DNA of 64,000 bases from the IMG/VR virus record IMGVR_UViG_3300028393_000022. One strand, written 5' to 3'. Below, piece after piece: positions 46,553 to 55,934 of this stretch. Each line of letters begins with the position of its first letter. Positions within the stretch are counted from its first letter, which is position 1. The notes beneath the pieces are model-generated. The model was not told where the DNA came from. It did not search any database and was given only the letters and a program-made list of their open reading frames with translations. Made by a program: the position numbers and the translations under genes. This DNA comes from a virus.

Positions 46553-47617
46553 ATGGCAAAGGCCTTCGATATTTCGAAGTTCCGCAAGTCTATTACTAAA
46601 AGTATTGATGGCTTGGGAATCGGGTTTAACGACCCAACCGATTGGATTTCAACCGGTAATTATGCCCTAAACTATCTTATCTCAGGGGACTTCTTTAAGG
46701 GAGTTCCCCTGGGTAAAGTGACAGTTTTTGCGGGTGAATCAGGTGCAGGTAAATCATATATCTGCTCCGGAAACATTATCAAATCAGCACAAGAACAAGG
46801 TATCTTTGTCGTGCTAGTTGATAGTGAAAACGCTCTAGATGAGAAATGGCTTCTTGATCTAGGTGTTAATACAAGTGAAGAAAAACTTCTGAAACTTAAC
46901 ATGGCTATGATTGACGACGTGGCAAAAACCATTAGTGAATTCATGAAAGAGTACAAAGTTATGCCGGACACTGATCGTCCTAAGGTATTGTTTGTAATTG
47001 ACTCTTTGGGCATGTTGTTAACTCCAACTGACGTTAATCAGTTTGAAGCAGGTGAGATGAAAGGTGATATGGGCCGTAAGCCTAAAGCACTTACAAGTCT
47101 TGTTCGCAACTGCGTAAACATGTTCGGTTCGTGGAACGTTGGTATGGTTTGTACAAATCACACTTACGCAAGTCAAGATATGTTTGATCCAGATGATAAA
47201 ATTTCAGGTGGTCAGGGTTTCATTTATGCTAGCTCTATTGTAGTTGCTATGCGTAAGTTAAAATTGAAAACTGACGCAGATGGTAATAAGACTACCACAG
47301 TGAACGGTATTCGTTCAGCTTGTAAGATTATGAAAACACGTTATGCAAAACCATTTGAGGCAGTACAAGTTGAGATTCCATATACAACTGGTATGAGCCC
47401 GCACAGTGGTTTGGTTGATTTGTTTGAAGCCAAAGGCATATTAAAGAAAGAAGGCAATAGCCTTGTTTATACAACTGCCGATGGTGAGATTATCAAACAA
47501 TTCCGCAAAGCATGGGAACGCAATGATAAAGAAGGATTGTCGATCATCATGGAAGAAATTTCCAAGAATGGTATAACGACTGAAGCAGTAGCAACTGAAA
47601 GTGTTGAGGAAGAATAA
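46553..47617 (+). CDS. uvsX: RecA-like recombinase
   Basis: GESGAGKS Walker A, DSENA, VIDSLG and NHTY. Confidence 0.93.
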   Translation: MAKAFDISKFRKSITKSIDGLGIGFNDPTDWISTGNYALNYLISGDFFKGVPLGKVTVFAGESGAGKSYICSGNIIKSAQEQGIFVVLVDSENALDEKWLLDLGVNTSEEKLLKLNMAMIDDVAKTISEFMKEYKVMPDTDRPKVLFVIDSLGMLLTPTDVNQFEAGEMKGDMGRKPKALTSLVRNCVNMFGSWNVGMVCTNHTYASQDMFDPDDKISGGQGFIYASSIVVAMRKLKLKTDADGNKTTTVNGIRSACKIMKTRYAKPFEAVQVEIPYTTGMSPHSGLVDLFEAKGILKKEGNSLVYTTADGEIIKQFRKAWERNDKEGLSIIMEEISKNGITTEAVATESVEEE

Positions 47618-47618
47618 A

Positions 47619-47867
47619 ATGGAAGAACAATTAATTATTGAAGTATGGGATACATTTAGAGATTATATTCCAGAAAAAAGTCGTGAAATTGCAGCTAGTC
47701 AATTTGTAGACTTCTTAGTTAGCAAGGATGTAGAAGTTGCTACATTTGAAAGCCTAATGGGTTATGATCCTCATCTTGACTCTGCTATCCAAGTCACTTT
47801 GGACGAGTTCAATGAAGTTGATGAAGACGATTATGGCATCGACGGAGACAGTGACGAGGACTATTAA
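47619..47867 (+). CDS. small acidic hypothetical protein
   Basis: between uvsX and uvsY, translationally coupled. Confidence 0.6.
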   Translation: MEEQLIIEVWDTFRDYIPEKSREIAASQFVDFLVSKDVEVATFESLMGYDPHLDSAIQVTLDEFNEVDEDDYGIDGDSDEDY

Positions 47868-48322
47868 TGTCATGGTATTCCAAAGTAAGTAAAGACATTT
47901 CGCATCTTCCTGACTGTATAGATCACTTTTATAAAGAACTAGATTCTGCTCGATACGAAGTTAAAATTCACGGTAGCGTGGAGAAAGCTTCAAGTCAATT
48001 ACCCGGTATTGTTGAGCAAAGATTTAACCAGCTTCAAGAAATTGAGGCTGTGTTGGAATATCTCAACATCGAACTTAGACGAACCAGAAGTAAGGCATTT
48101 AAGAAGTATCTAGAAAATTATCAAAGAGCATTGAGCAGTCGAGATGTTGAGAAATATGTTGATGGCGAAGCCGATGTAGTAGACATGGAAAAAATCATTA
48201 ATGAATTTGCCATGCTCCGCAATCAATGGCTAGGCATTGTTAAGGCTTTGGATATAAAGCAGTGGCAATTAAGTAATATTATAAAACTTCGAACCGCTGG
48301 TTTAGAAGATGTGGTGATTTAA
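47867..48322 (+). CDS. uvsY: recombination mediator
   Basis: helical; DVEKYVDGE..KQWQLSNIIKLRTAG; in the uvsX operon. Confidence 0.75.
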   Translation: MSWYSKVSKDISHLPDCIDHFYKELDSARYEVKIHGSVEKASSQLPGIVEQRFNQLQEIEAVLEYLNIELRRTRSKAFKKYLENYQRALSSRDVEKYVDGEADVVDMEKIINEFAMLRNQWLGIVKALDIKQWQLSNIIKLRTAGLEDVVI

Positions 48323-48326
48323 AAAC

Positions 48327-48365
48327 AAAAGGAGACTTGTTCTCCTTTTAGTTTGATGTTATACT
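48327..48365 (+). promoter_or_regulatory. terminator-like hairpin fused to a sigma70-type promoter
   Basis: AAAAGGAGA-CTTGT-TCTCCTTTT hairpin; TTGTTC-17 bp-TATACT; ATG 6 nt downstream. Confidence 0.6.
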
Positions 48366-48371
48366 AATACT

Positions 48372-49556
48372 ATGTATATTGAAGACCTAATTACAGCACT
48401 AGTAATAAATTTTAGAGTGAGTATAAACCCGTTTGACTCAAACTTGGTTTATAGTTTTCACGAACAAATTTCTAGAGGCTCAGGTTTTACAGAAAAACAG
48501 GCAACTGTGGCAGTAAAGATTTTAAAACGCCATGTGACCAAATTAAAGACATTGGGATTTAATGACGTAAATCAATATATTGAAAATCCCACCTATAAAC
48601 TGCCCATAAGGACCATTATGTCCCATAAACGTATGAGTATCATACCACACGATGTGTATGGACAAGTGATCAAAATGGAATTTCCATTCAATGAGGCGTT
48701 GTTGGCAAGAATTAGAAATGAAAAAATGAGCCTTAACTACGCAAATTGGAACCCAGAAGAAAAATCATGGATTTTTTCACTGGATGAGCGGAGTTTGTCT
48801 TTTTTAACTAAAGTAGCCAACGAAGAAAATTTTCAGGTTGATGAAAAATTTGAAAATTATCAAAATCAAATCACAGAAATTGAAAGCAACTTTGAGCAGT
48901 ATGTGCCCATGCTTTCATATGATGGCAAAAATTTGAAATTTTCCAATATTTCACTAAAAATTCCTCAACCTGCTAATTCAAACATTTTAGAAAATTTGTT
49001 CGAGGCAAGAAAATTAGGAATTTTTACCTGGGATGAAAGCATACAAGAGACAGATGAGTGGAAAAATGCAGATTCCGTGACCAAGCAATTTCTACAAGTT
49101 TCACCCGATGAAGAATTTTCCATAAATTTAGAAAATACCACTATTTTTTCTCTCAAAGAGATTGTACAATATATGTCTCCTGTACTTTTTATAATCCCAG
49201 GAGGTACTGAGATTGAAAAATTAGAGATGTGCTATGAATTTTTAAAAACGTTGAATATCGATAACGAAGAAATTAGTGTATTGTTTAGACTACCCAAAGA
49301 CACTGGTGAAAAATTCAATAATTTTGTCAAAGAACAAAAATTAAATTCTCCTATCAGCGAAAAAACCAAAGCAGTGTTTATCAGCAATAAGGTTCCTAAA
49401 CCTGTTATTGATTCTAATGTTCATTTTAATGCCATTGTAAGTTTTAACTTTTTTAACATACATTATTCCATCAAAAATTTACTAAAATGGCACCCAAACG
49501 TGATTCAAATGACTGAGAAAAAACAACAAAGGACACTTAACTTTGTCAACATGTAA
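48372..49556 (+). CDS. hypothetical protein upstream of UvsW
   Basis: 394-aa ORF with no recognised motif. Confidence 0.65.
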   Translation: MYIEDLITALVINFRVSINPFDSNLVYSFHEQISRGSGFTEKQATVAVKILKRHVTKLKTLGFNDVNQYIENPTYKLPIRTIMSHKRMSIIPHDVYGQVIKMEFPFNEALLARIRNEKMSLNYANWNPEEKSWIFSLDERSLSFLTKVANEENFQVDEKFENYQNQITEIESNFEQYVPMLSYDGKNLKFSNISLKIPQPANSNILENLFEARKLGIFTWDESIQETDEWKNADSVTKQFLQVSPDEEFSINLENTTIFSLKEIVQYMSPVLFIIPGGTEIEKLEMCYEFLKTLNIDNEEISVLFRLPKDTGEKFNNFVKEQKLNSPISEKTKAVFISNKVPKPVIDSNVHFNAIVSFNFFNIHYSIKNLLKWHPNVIQMTEKKQQRTLNFVNM

Positions 49557-51003
49557 AATAATTATAAAAGACGAGGTCAATGTTAAGATAGAAAATCTCG
49601 ACCTTGATACACGCAAGGCTTTGGTCAAAAAATTCAAGTACGAAGACCCTACTGCACGTTATAGACCCAGCTATAAATTGGGTCGGTGGGACGGTGCTGT
49701 GAGTTTCTTCGGACTTGGTGGAACTACCTATCTTTCAATGTTGCCGCTGGTACTAGAGTATCTCGAAAACAAAAATTACTACATTGAGGTTGATGATTTA
49801 CGCAATCCCATAGCCTTAGATTTTCCTCAAATTTCTGAGGATTTTTGGGGTGATAAAACATGGCCGGTAGGGCATCGTTTTGCCGGCGAAAAGATTAGGC
49901 TACGTGATGACCAAGTCGATGTAGTTAATATCTTTTTACAAAATCCACAGAGTATTCAAGAGATTGCCACAGGTTTTGGCAAGACGATTACCACCGCTAC
50001 ACTGGCAAAAATATGTGAAAAATATGGTCGAACAGTGACCATTGTTCCTAACAAAAGTTTAGTTGAACAGACTGAAGAAGACTTTATCAACTGTGGTTTA
50101 GACGTTGGTGTTTATTATGGTGATAGAAAAAATCTAGACAAAACACATACTATTTGCACTTGGCAAAGTTTGAATATTTTAGACAAAAAATCCAAAAATA
50201 TTGACGAAAATGAATTGCTGACATTGGCAGAATTACTCGACGGTGTTAATTGTGTCATGGTAGATGAGGTGCATATGGCCAAGGCTGAAGTACTGAAAAA
50301 TCTATTGACACGCAATCTTGCCAATGCACCAATTCGGTGGGGACTAACTGGTACTGTGCCCAAGGAAGACTTTGAGTTTCAAAGCCTAAAAGCTAGCCTA
50401 GGTGAAGTTGTTAATAGAGTACAGGCTCACACATTACAAGAAGCTGGTATCCTCAGTACATGTCATGTCAATGTTGTTCAGACAGCCGAGTGGAAAGAGT
50501 TTGGTAGTTATCCAGAAGAATTAAAATTTTTAGTCACCGACGAAGACAGGATGAAATTCATATCAGAATTAATTAAAGATATTGGCAATACAGGCAACAC
50601 ATTGGTGTTGGTAGATAGAATTGAATGTGGGGAATTTATTGTTAATCAAATTCCAGACAGCGTATTCATCTCAGGTAGAATCAAAACAAAAGATAGAAAA
50701 GAGGAATATGATGAAGTTAAGACTGCTACTAACAAGATTATTGTGGCGACTTACGGTGTGGCCGCTGTGGGTATTAATATCCCCCGTATTTTTAATCTGG
50801 TTATGCTGGAATCCGGAAAGAGCTTTACACGGGTTATACAAAGCATTGGGCGAGGCATTCGAAAAGCAGACGACAAAGACTTCGTCCAGATCTGGGATAT
50901 TACTGCATCAACGAAATATGCGAAGAGACACCTTACAGCACGGAAAAAGTTTTATAAAGACGCTAAGTACCCGTTCGAAATACAAAAAGTGAAATACAAA
51001 TAA
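49543..51003 (+). CDS. uvsW: SF2 DNA helicase
   Basis: ATGFGKT, DEVH, GLTGT and QSIGRGIR. Confidence 0.9.
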   Translation: MSTCKIIIKDEVNVKIENLDLDTRKALVKKFKYEDPTARYRPSYKLGRWDGAVSFFGLGGTTYLSMLPLVLEYLENKNYYIEVDDLRNPIALDFPQISEDFWGDKTWPVGHRFAGEKIRLRDDQVDVVNIFLQNPQSIQEIATGFGKTITTATLAKICEKYGRTVTIVPNKSLVEQTEEDFINCGLDVGVYYGDRKNLDKTHTICTWQSLNILDKKSKNIDENELLTLAELLDGVNCVMVDEVHMAKAEVLKNLLTRNLANAPIRWGLTGTVPKEDFEFQSLKASLGEVVNRVQAHTLQEAGILSTCHVNVVQTAEWKEFGSYPEELKFLVTDEDRMKFISELIKDIGNTGNTLVLVDRIECGEFIVNQIPDSVFISGRIKTKDRKEEYDEVKTATNKIIVATYGVAAVGINIPRIFNLVMLESGKSFTRVIQSIGRGIRKADDKDFVQIWDITASTKYAKRHLTARKKFYKDAKYPFEIQKVKYK

Positions 51004-51506
51004 TGCAAATTTTAACCCTCGAAAACAAAACGTTTTTTCTCAATGATCTACCCGAAGAGGTAGATGATGACTTGAGATTCAGCGTACTAGACAACAGTGA
51101 TAATCAAAATCCTGACTACTTTTTTATTCCTTTAATCTTTTTAGAAAGTTTTACAGGCCCAGCAGCAGTGCTAAAAGTTGGACCATATGAGCTCACCATG
51201 CCCTTAGATTGGTGCACCATTGTCGGAGATCCAGAAGGACCGGATATGGAAGTATTGCCACTTACCAGTTTAAATGATCGTGGATTTAAAACATTCTGTT
51301 TTAACCCTGTAAGTGGTTTCAGACCAGAATTTCATGAGATAGATATCATCGATATATACCAAGATGTCAAATGGTATTTTCCAAAGATGAAACCCGGACA
51401 GCTACTATGTACTCCATTAGCTCCCGGAGAAAAACCGATGTGTGCATACTTTGTTAAAGAAGTTAGTCGCCAAAGTGAGATTGTTGATTATACGAGGTGC
51501 TGGTAA
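51003..51506 (+). CDS. hypothetical protein
   Basis: TAATG coupling to uvsW. Confidence 0.65.
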   Translation: MQILTLENKTFFLNDLPEEVDDDLRFSVLDNSDNQNPDYFFIPLIFLESFTGPAAVLKVGPYELTMPLDWCTIVGDPEGPDMEVLPLTSLNDRGFKTFCFNPVSGFRPEFHEIDIIDIYQDVKWYFPKMKPGQLLCTPLAPGEKPMCAYFVKEVSRQSEIVDYTRCW

Positions 51507-51507
51507 T

Positions 51508-51804
51508 ATGGGAAATTTAACTCCAGGTGTGAGCCTTGTATACGAACGCAACGGCGAAGAAATATACGCCCGTGAGTCCGGGGCACCAGCTCAATCTAGA
51601 AAATTAGTCGGCTACCAATATGAAAATAAAGTAGATCCAAGAACTCCGGACGGAAGACCCCTATTCGAACATATGCAAGAAGATAAACTTTGGGGAGAAA
51701 TCCGAAGAGCTGGCCGGACAAATCCTACCTTGCAAAAAGCCTTAGAACAGTGTATAATAATATATCAGCTTAGTAAGGACAAAAATGGCAACAGCAAAAC
51801 CTAA
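51508..51804 (+). CDS. hypothetical protein
   Basis: start MGNLTPG with GAGGT SD. Confidence 0.6.
   Translation: MGNLTPGVSLVYERNGEEIYARESGAPAQSRKLVGYQYENKVDPRTPDGRPLFEHMQEDKLWGEIRRAGRTNPTLQKALEQCIIIYQLSKDKNGNSKT
51730..51758 (+). promoter_or_regulatory. sigma70-type promoter inside a coding sequence
   Basis: TTGCAA-17 bp-TATAAT, 26 nt upstream of the next ATG. Confidence 0.7.
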
Positions 51805-52273
51805 AAAGAAAAAGGAAAGAGCTCTTGATTTGGCTCGTGTACTTGCGGCAGTTGATGTTAAAAATTATAAATTTTATGACGGTCTCAACGACGCTGAATT
51901 GAAAGAATTTAGTCCCTATGTATTGATGAGATTCATCAGCAATGTCGATACTAGGGACAGAGATATCCAAGAATGGTTTGTTGAAATGACCAATGAGCTG
52001 GTCAATAAAAACCACTGGGACCTAAGTAAGAATCACGAAAAACTTCTTTGGTTATTGTACTCCGCAGTTGGTGCAGGCGTTAAAAGTTTCCACCCATATT
52101 TGCCAGCACTGAAAAAAGAACTAAACAAAATTGAAAAGCTGTTGGCAGAATTACACCCAACATATAAGTTAGAAGATGTTAAATTGTTAGCCAGTTTAAT
52201 GACAGATAAAGAAAAACAAGAGCTGTTTGACAACATGGGTTTTGATAAAAAAGAACGGAAAGAATACGAATGA
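51785..52273 (+). CDS. possible clamp-loader small subunit (gp62-like)
   Basis: FSPYVLMRF..ELVN pattern and size. Confidence 0.45.
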   Translation: MATAKPKKKKERALDLARVLAAVDVKNYKFYDGLNDAELKEFSPYVLMRFISNVDTRDRDIQEWFVEMTNELVNKNHWDLSKNHEKLLWLLYSAVGAGVKSFHPYLPALKKELNKIEKLLAELHPTYKLEDVKLLASLMTDKEKQELFDNMGFDKKERKEYE

Positions 52274-52557
52274 AGTTTAAAAAAAAGCCAGTGGTAATTG
52301 AGGCAATTCAATTCGAATACTCTTCCATTGGGATTGAAAACTTAAAAGCGTTTTGTGGCAGCACTATTGGCAACATTAGTAAAGCCCGCCATCCTACCGC
52401 CAAAGGGGAAGCAGAAATTGGCACATTAGAAGATGGCATCAACCTAACTGTGCAACACATCGCTACAGAAGGTGATTGGATCATTAAGGGTATACAAGGC
52501 GAATTTTATGCCTGCAAGCCAGATATTTTTGAAGCAACTTACGAACCTGCAGAATGA
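52270..52557 (+). CDS. widespread small phage protein
   Basis: KKPVVIEAIQF..GDWIIKG..GEFYACKPDIFEATYE family pattern. Confidence 0.7.
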   Translation: MKFKKKPVVIEAIQFEYSSIGIENLKAFCGSTIGNISKARHPTAKGEAEIGTLEDGINLTVQHIATEGDWIIKGIQGEFYACKPDIFEATYEPAE

Positions 52558-53249
52558 TTGCATTAGCGGATCAACCTTATAGCTGTGTGCATTGCAACAA
52601 GGCCTTTATGAAAGAGAAGACCTTGGTTGCTCATATGTGTGAAAATAAAAGGCGTGCTCTGCAAAAAGATGAGAAGCGTGTTCAGGCCGGCTACATGGCC
52701 TATAACCGTTTCTATCAGCTGACTCAGAATAATAAAATCCCCAAGACCTATGAACACTTTTGCAACAGTGCATACTACAATGCCTTTGTAAAATTTGGTA
52801 GTTTTGTCAATAATGTTAATCCCTTGTATCCAGATAGGTTTATTGACTTTGTTATCAAGAGCGGTGTTAAATTAGATCACTGGTGCAGAGATGCACTATA
52901 TGATCAATACCTTTTTGAGATAGTTAAAGTTGAACCAGTTGAGTCCGCAGTACAAAGAACCCTGCAGACAATGATGGAATGGGGTGATGAGCACAGTGCA
53001 AATTTTGCACATTACTTTGACTATGTGAGCCTTAATAAAGCAGTGCATGATATCCTAAATGGTCGAGTTAGTTGTTGGGTTATTTTAAATTCTAATGCTG
53101 GCAAAGCTATGGTAGGTAAGATGAATGACGAACAGTTGTCAATGATTGCACCTGCCTTTGAAATCAAATATTGGCAAAAGAAGTTTAGAGAATTCCCTGC
53201 AGATGTTGCACTCGTTAAAGAAATACTTAACGAAGTAGGCATTAAATGA
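52554..53249 (+). CDS. protein with N-terminal zinc finger
   Basis: CVHC..F..EKTL..HMC. Confidence 0.65.
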   Translation: MIALADQPYSCVHCNKAFMKEKTLVAHMCENKRRALQKDEKRVQAGYMAYNRFYQLTQNNKIPKTYEHFCNSAYYNAFVKFGSFVNNVNPLYPDRFIDFVIKSGVKLDHWCRDALYDQYLFEIVKVEPVESAVQRTLQTMMEWGDEHSANFAHYFDYVSLNKAVHDILNGRVSCWVILNSNAGKAMVGKMNDEQLSMIAPAFEIKYWQKKFREFPADVALVKEILNEVGIK

Positions 53250-53494
53250 CCGAAATTAAATTTAAAGAACTTTTTTCTGAAAAATATACAGAAATGAGTG
53301 CGTGGTGCAAGGAAGAGTTTGGACATCCTGCACTATGGGAGACGCAACTTAATAATCCTCGTAGTCCCGCCAAATGGATTTGCCGTGGTGACTATCCTAA
53401 AGAACTATATGGTCCGCTGACGGAACCTGGGTCTGCCGTGTTTAAGTTTAGAGAAGGCAAAGATGCAACAATGTTTGCATTGAAATGGTCATGA
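53246..53494 (+). CDS. small protein, 'DAxMFxLxWS' family
   Basis: ends FREGKDATMFALKWS. Confidence 0.7.
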   Translation: MTEIKFKELFSEKYTEMSAWCKEEFGHPALWETQLNNPRSPAKWICRGDYPKELYGPLTEPGSAVFKFREGKDATMFALKWS

Positions 53495-53868
53495 GCAAAT
53501 TTGAAATTAAAAAATTACTATTCTGGCCGCGAGGAGCATATGTAGTATGCGGACTCAACCTTAAAGAAAAACTATGGTGGTATTTTATGCCTGGACTTGT
53601 TATCAATGTAAAGTGGCCAAAAGGTCAAGTTAAGGTAGGACCTAGCCATAGAGATGGCTGGTCAGGATACGGCCCAGAGTTTGAATATGTTGATAGTGCT
53701 GATCCTAATGATCATTACAGACCTTGGATGGAAGAACACGTCGGACGACAAGGCTGGGATTGGGACTGGGGCATGGGCGATACTGATGCAAGTGAAAATC
53801 GTCTAACCATAAAGATTAGACGGAAGTATTCTAAGTATGCTACACTAGCAGCAATAAGGTGGTCATGA
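53491..53868 (+). CDS. small protein, divergent 'WS' family member
   Basis: ATGA overlap; ends YATLAAIRWS. Confidence 0.65.
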   Translation: MSKFEIKKLLFWPRGAYVVCGLNLKEKLWWYFMPGLVINVKWPKGQVKVGPSHRDGWSGYGPEFEYVDSADPNDHYRPWMEEHVGRQGWDWDWGMGDTDASENRLTIKIRRKYSKYATLAAIRWS

Positions 53869-54077
53869 TTGATTACACAGACTATATGATACTGCCCTGT
53901 GGCGGTGTTGCCTATTATGATGAACCCAACCACGGTATGAATTATTTCTGTGCCCAGTGTGATCGCAGAGTATGTGACATGTCTGAAGCATGTAAGCGTG
54001 AAGAAGATAAATGGTATCTTATAGAAATGCTAGGTGGAAAAGGATGGGATTATTTTGCAGAGCCCGATGAATTTTAG
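53865..54077 (+). CDS. small Cys-rich hypothetical protein
   Basis: ATGA overlap; LPCGG..CAQC..C. Confidence 0.6.
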   Translation: MIDYTDYMILPCGGVAYYDEPNHGMNYFCAQCDRRVCDMSEACKREEDKWYLIEMLGGKGWDYFAEPDEF

Positions 54078-54420
54078 TCCAGAGTGTATAGCCAGTATGA
54101 AAAAATGGGTAAATGAACAGCAGAGTATCTTAGAAAAAGAAATGATAGAAGCTAAGGCTAAAGAAATGCAACGAGAAATCGACTCGGAAGTTATCAATAG
54201 TATTCTATTAGAATCATTAATACACGAAGGATGGACACCGGCTAAAGTCAATCCTGCATTTACAGATATGGGAATGTTGTCTGGCAGATTTGAAGAATGG
54301 TATAGCCAAACAGCAGAATGGTGTCACCGTTATGCCCAAGGTGATTACAAATTGATCAAAGGACAGTGGTTGTTTAAAGATCCTCGAGATGCTACAATGT
54401 TTATATTGAGGTGGTCATGA
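54067..54420 (+). CDS. small protein, 'DAxMFxLxWS' family
   Basis: ends FKDPRDATMFILRWS. Confidence 0.7.
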   Translation: MNFSPECIASMKKWVNEQQSILEKEMIEAKAKEMQREIDSEVINSILLESLIHEGWTPAKVNPAFTDMGMLSGRFEEWYSQTAEWCHRYAQGDYKLIKGQWLFKDPRDATMFILRWS

Positions 54421-54641
54421 TTAAAAGAAAAAGCAAACACGAATGGCAAGTGGCTATTCCTAGAGAAAAATATACCAACGATGATATAAGAGACATCCAG
54501 GCTTGGTGCGTTCTAAAATTTGGTGATGCAGGAAAGAAAAGAGATTACCGCTGGCGCTTTGGATGGATTGAAAACAATGATATATTCTACTTCCGTGAGC
54601 AGGCAGATGCGGCTATGTTCCTATTAGTCTGGGCCAAATGA
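54417..54641 (+). CDS. small protein, 'DAxMFxLxW' family
   Basis: ATGA overlap; ends FREQADAAMFLLVWAK. Confidence 0.7.
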   Translation: MIKRKSKHEWQVAIPREKYTNDDIRDIQAWCVLKFGDAGKKRDYRWRFGWIENNDIFYFREQADAAMFLLVWAK

Positions 54642-54653
54642 GACACATTAAGT

Positions 54654-55013
54654 ATGGAAAATGTAAAAAGTTTTTGTGAGCAACATCAAATCCGAGTGCT
54701 TGATACAAATAAACGAGCACATCGTTATCGTAGAATCAATATGTCCTACTTTAGGGATCCTACGGATTTTATTGTAAATGACACCGAACCATTATATACT
54801 GTAGAGATTGCAGAAAGTGAATTAGAAAAAATTGCGGATTTTGAATCAGAAGTTTTTAATAATATGAGGAAGCAAGGACATTACAGAATGTTTGAAACAC
54901 TAATGGAACAAAAAGAACGTGAGAAATATTTGAGAGATAAGTATCCAGCTGTAAATAATGCATATAAACAATACAGCCTAATGTTGAAATTGGCTGAAAG
55001 TGGAGAATTATGA
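54654..55013 (+). CDS. hypothetical protein
   Basis: in the operon; C-terminal YPAVNNAYKQY helix. Confidence 0.6.
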   Translation: MENVKSFCEQHQIRVLDTNKRAHRYRRINMSYFRDPTDFIVNDTEPLYTVEIAESELEKIADFESEVFNNMRKQGHYRMFETLMEQKEREKYLRDKYPAVNNAYKQYSLMLKLAESGEL

Positions 55014-55189
55014 AATTACCTAAAGTTGGAAGTAAATGGCGGTCTGGAAATTTTAAACATTTTTATGTTAAAGCAGTAGTAGAACTAGAAGGGCATACAT
55101 GGGTCTATTATGGAGAGTATGGAACTGATCGAGAATATAGTTGTTATCTAGAAAGTTTTCTAGAAAGATTTAGTGAGGAACTAGTATGA
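55010..55189 (+). CDS. 59-aa protein missing from the ORF track
   Basis: MKLPKVGSKW..TWVYY..YSCYLESFLERF; GGAG SD; ATGA overlaps at both ends fill the gap exactly. Confidence 0.75.
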   Translation: MKLPKVGSKWRSGNFKHFYVKAVVELEGHTWVYYGEYGTDREYSCYLESFLERFSEELV

Positions 55190-55542
55190 GATTAGATGGA
55201 TTTGTAGAAAAAGGTTGGGGTAGCGAATTCATATTTGCAACTAATGACAAGTACTGCGGAAAACTTTTAAAGTTCAATACTGGTGCAAAATTTAGTATGC
55301 ACTTCCATAGTGTAAAGGATGAATCATGGTATGTTCTTGATGGCAAGTTTAAAGTTATCGTAATCAATACTGCTAATGCCAGTCAAACGGAATATGAATT
55401 AGTCGGAGGAATGACTTGGCATAATCCTCCATTATTACCTCATCAAGTTATCTGTATTGAAGAAGGTACTATTATTGAAGTTAGCACACCTGATAGCGTT
55501 GAGGACAACTACAGAGTAGCCAAAGGCGATAGCCAAAAATGA
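55186..55542 (+). CDS. cupin, sugar-isomerase-like
   Basis: VEKGWGSE, SMHFH..KDESWYV and PHQV..IIEVSTPD. Confidence 0.75.
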   Translation: MRLDGFVEKGWGSEFIFATNDKYCGKLLKFNTGAKFSMHFHSVKDESWYVLDGKFKVIVINTANASQTEYELVGGMTWHNPPLLPHQVICIEEGTIIEVSTPDSVEDNYRVAKGDSQK

Positions 55543-55934
55543 AAATAGTCGTCAATGGTACTTTTGATATTCTGCATCGCGGACATATTGAAATGTTAGA
55601 ATATGCAAAAAGTCTTGGAGACCATTTACTGGTTTGCATCGATACTGATAGCCGAGTTAAGGAACTCAAAGGATCAGACCGTCCGATTAACAATCAGGCT
55701 GATAGGGCATTCATGCTCAATGCATTAAAATGTGTAGATGCAGTTTGGATGTTCGCCAATGAAGCCGAATTAGAATATATTCTAGAAACTTATCAACCAG
55801 ACGTTATGGTCAAAGGTAGCGACTACGAACACAAACGTATTGTAGGAGAACAGCTTTGCAAAAAAATTAAATTTTATGAACTCGTCGAACAATACTCAAC
55901 AACTAACCTCATTCAACGTATTACTGATCGGTGA
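55539..55934 (+). CDS. HldE/RfaE domain II-like heptose-1-phosphate nucleotidyltransferase
   Basis: NGTFDILHRGH, KGSDRPIN, VKGSDY and YSTT. Confidence 0.85.
   Translation: MKIVVNGTFDILHRGHIEMLEYAKSLGDHLLVCIDTDSRVKELKGSDRPINNQADRAFMLNALKCVDAVWMFANEAELEYILETYQPDVMVKGSDYEHKRIVGEQLCKKIKFYELVEQYSTTNLIQRITDR

Noticed and set aside
52270-52557. Assignment to a named anti-defence family
   Set aside because: I recognise the pattern as a common phage protein but cannot tie it to a characterised family without a search
55855-55934. Programmed frameshift fusing the transferase and kinase into one HldE-like protein
   Set aside because: The kinase has its own ATG, and a shift at the A-run would remove the transferase STT motif; a simple overlap is sufficient
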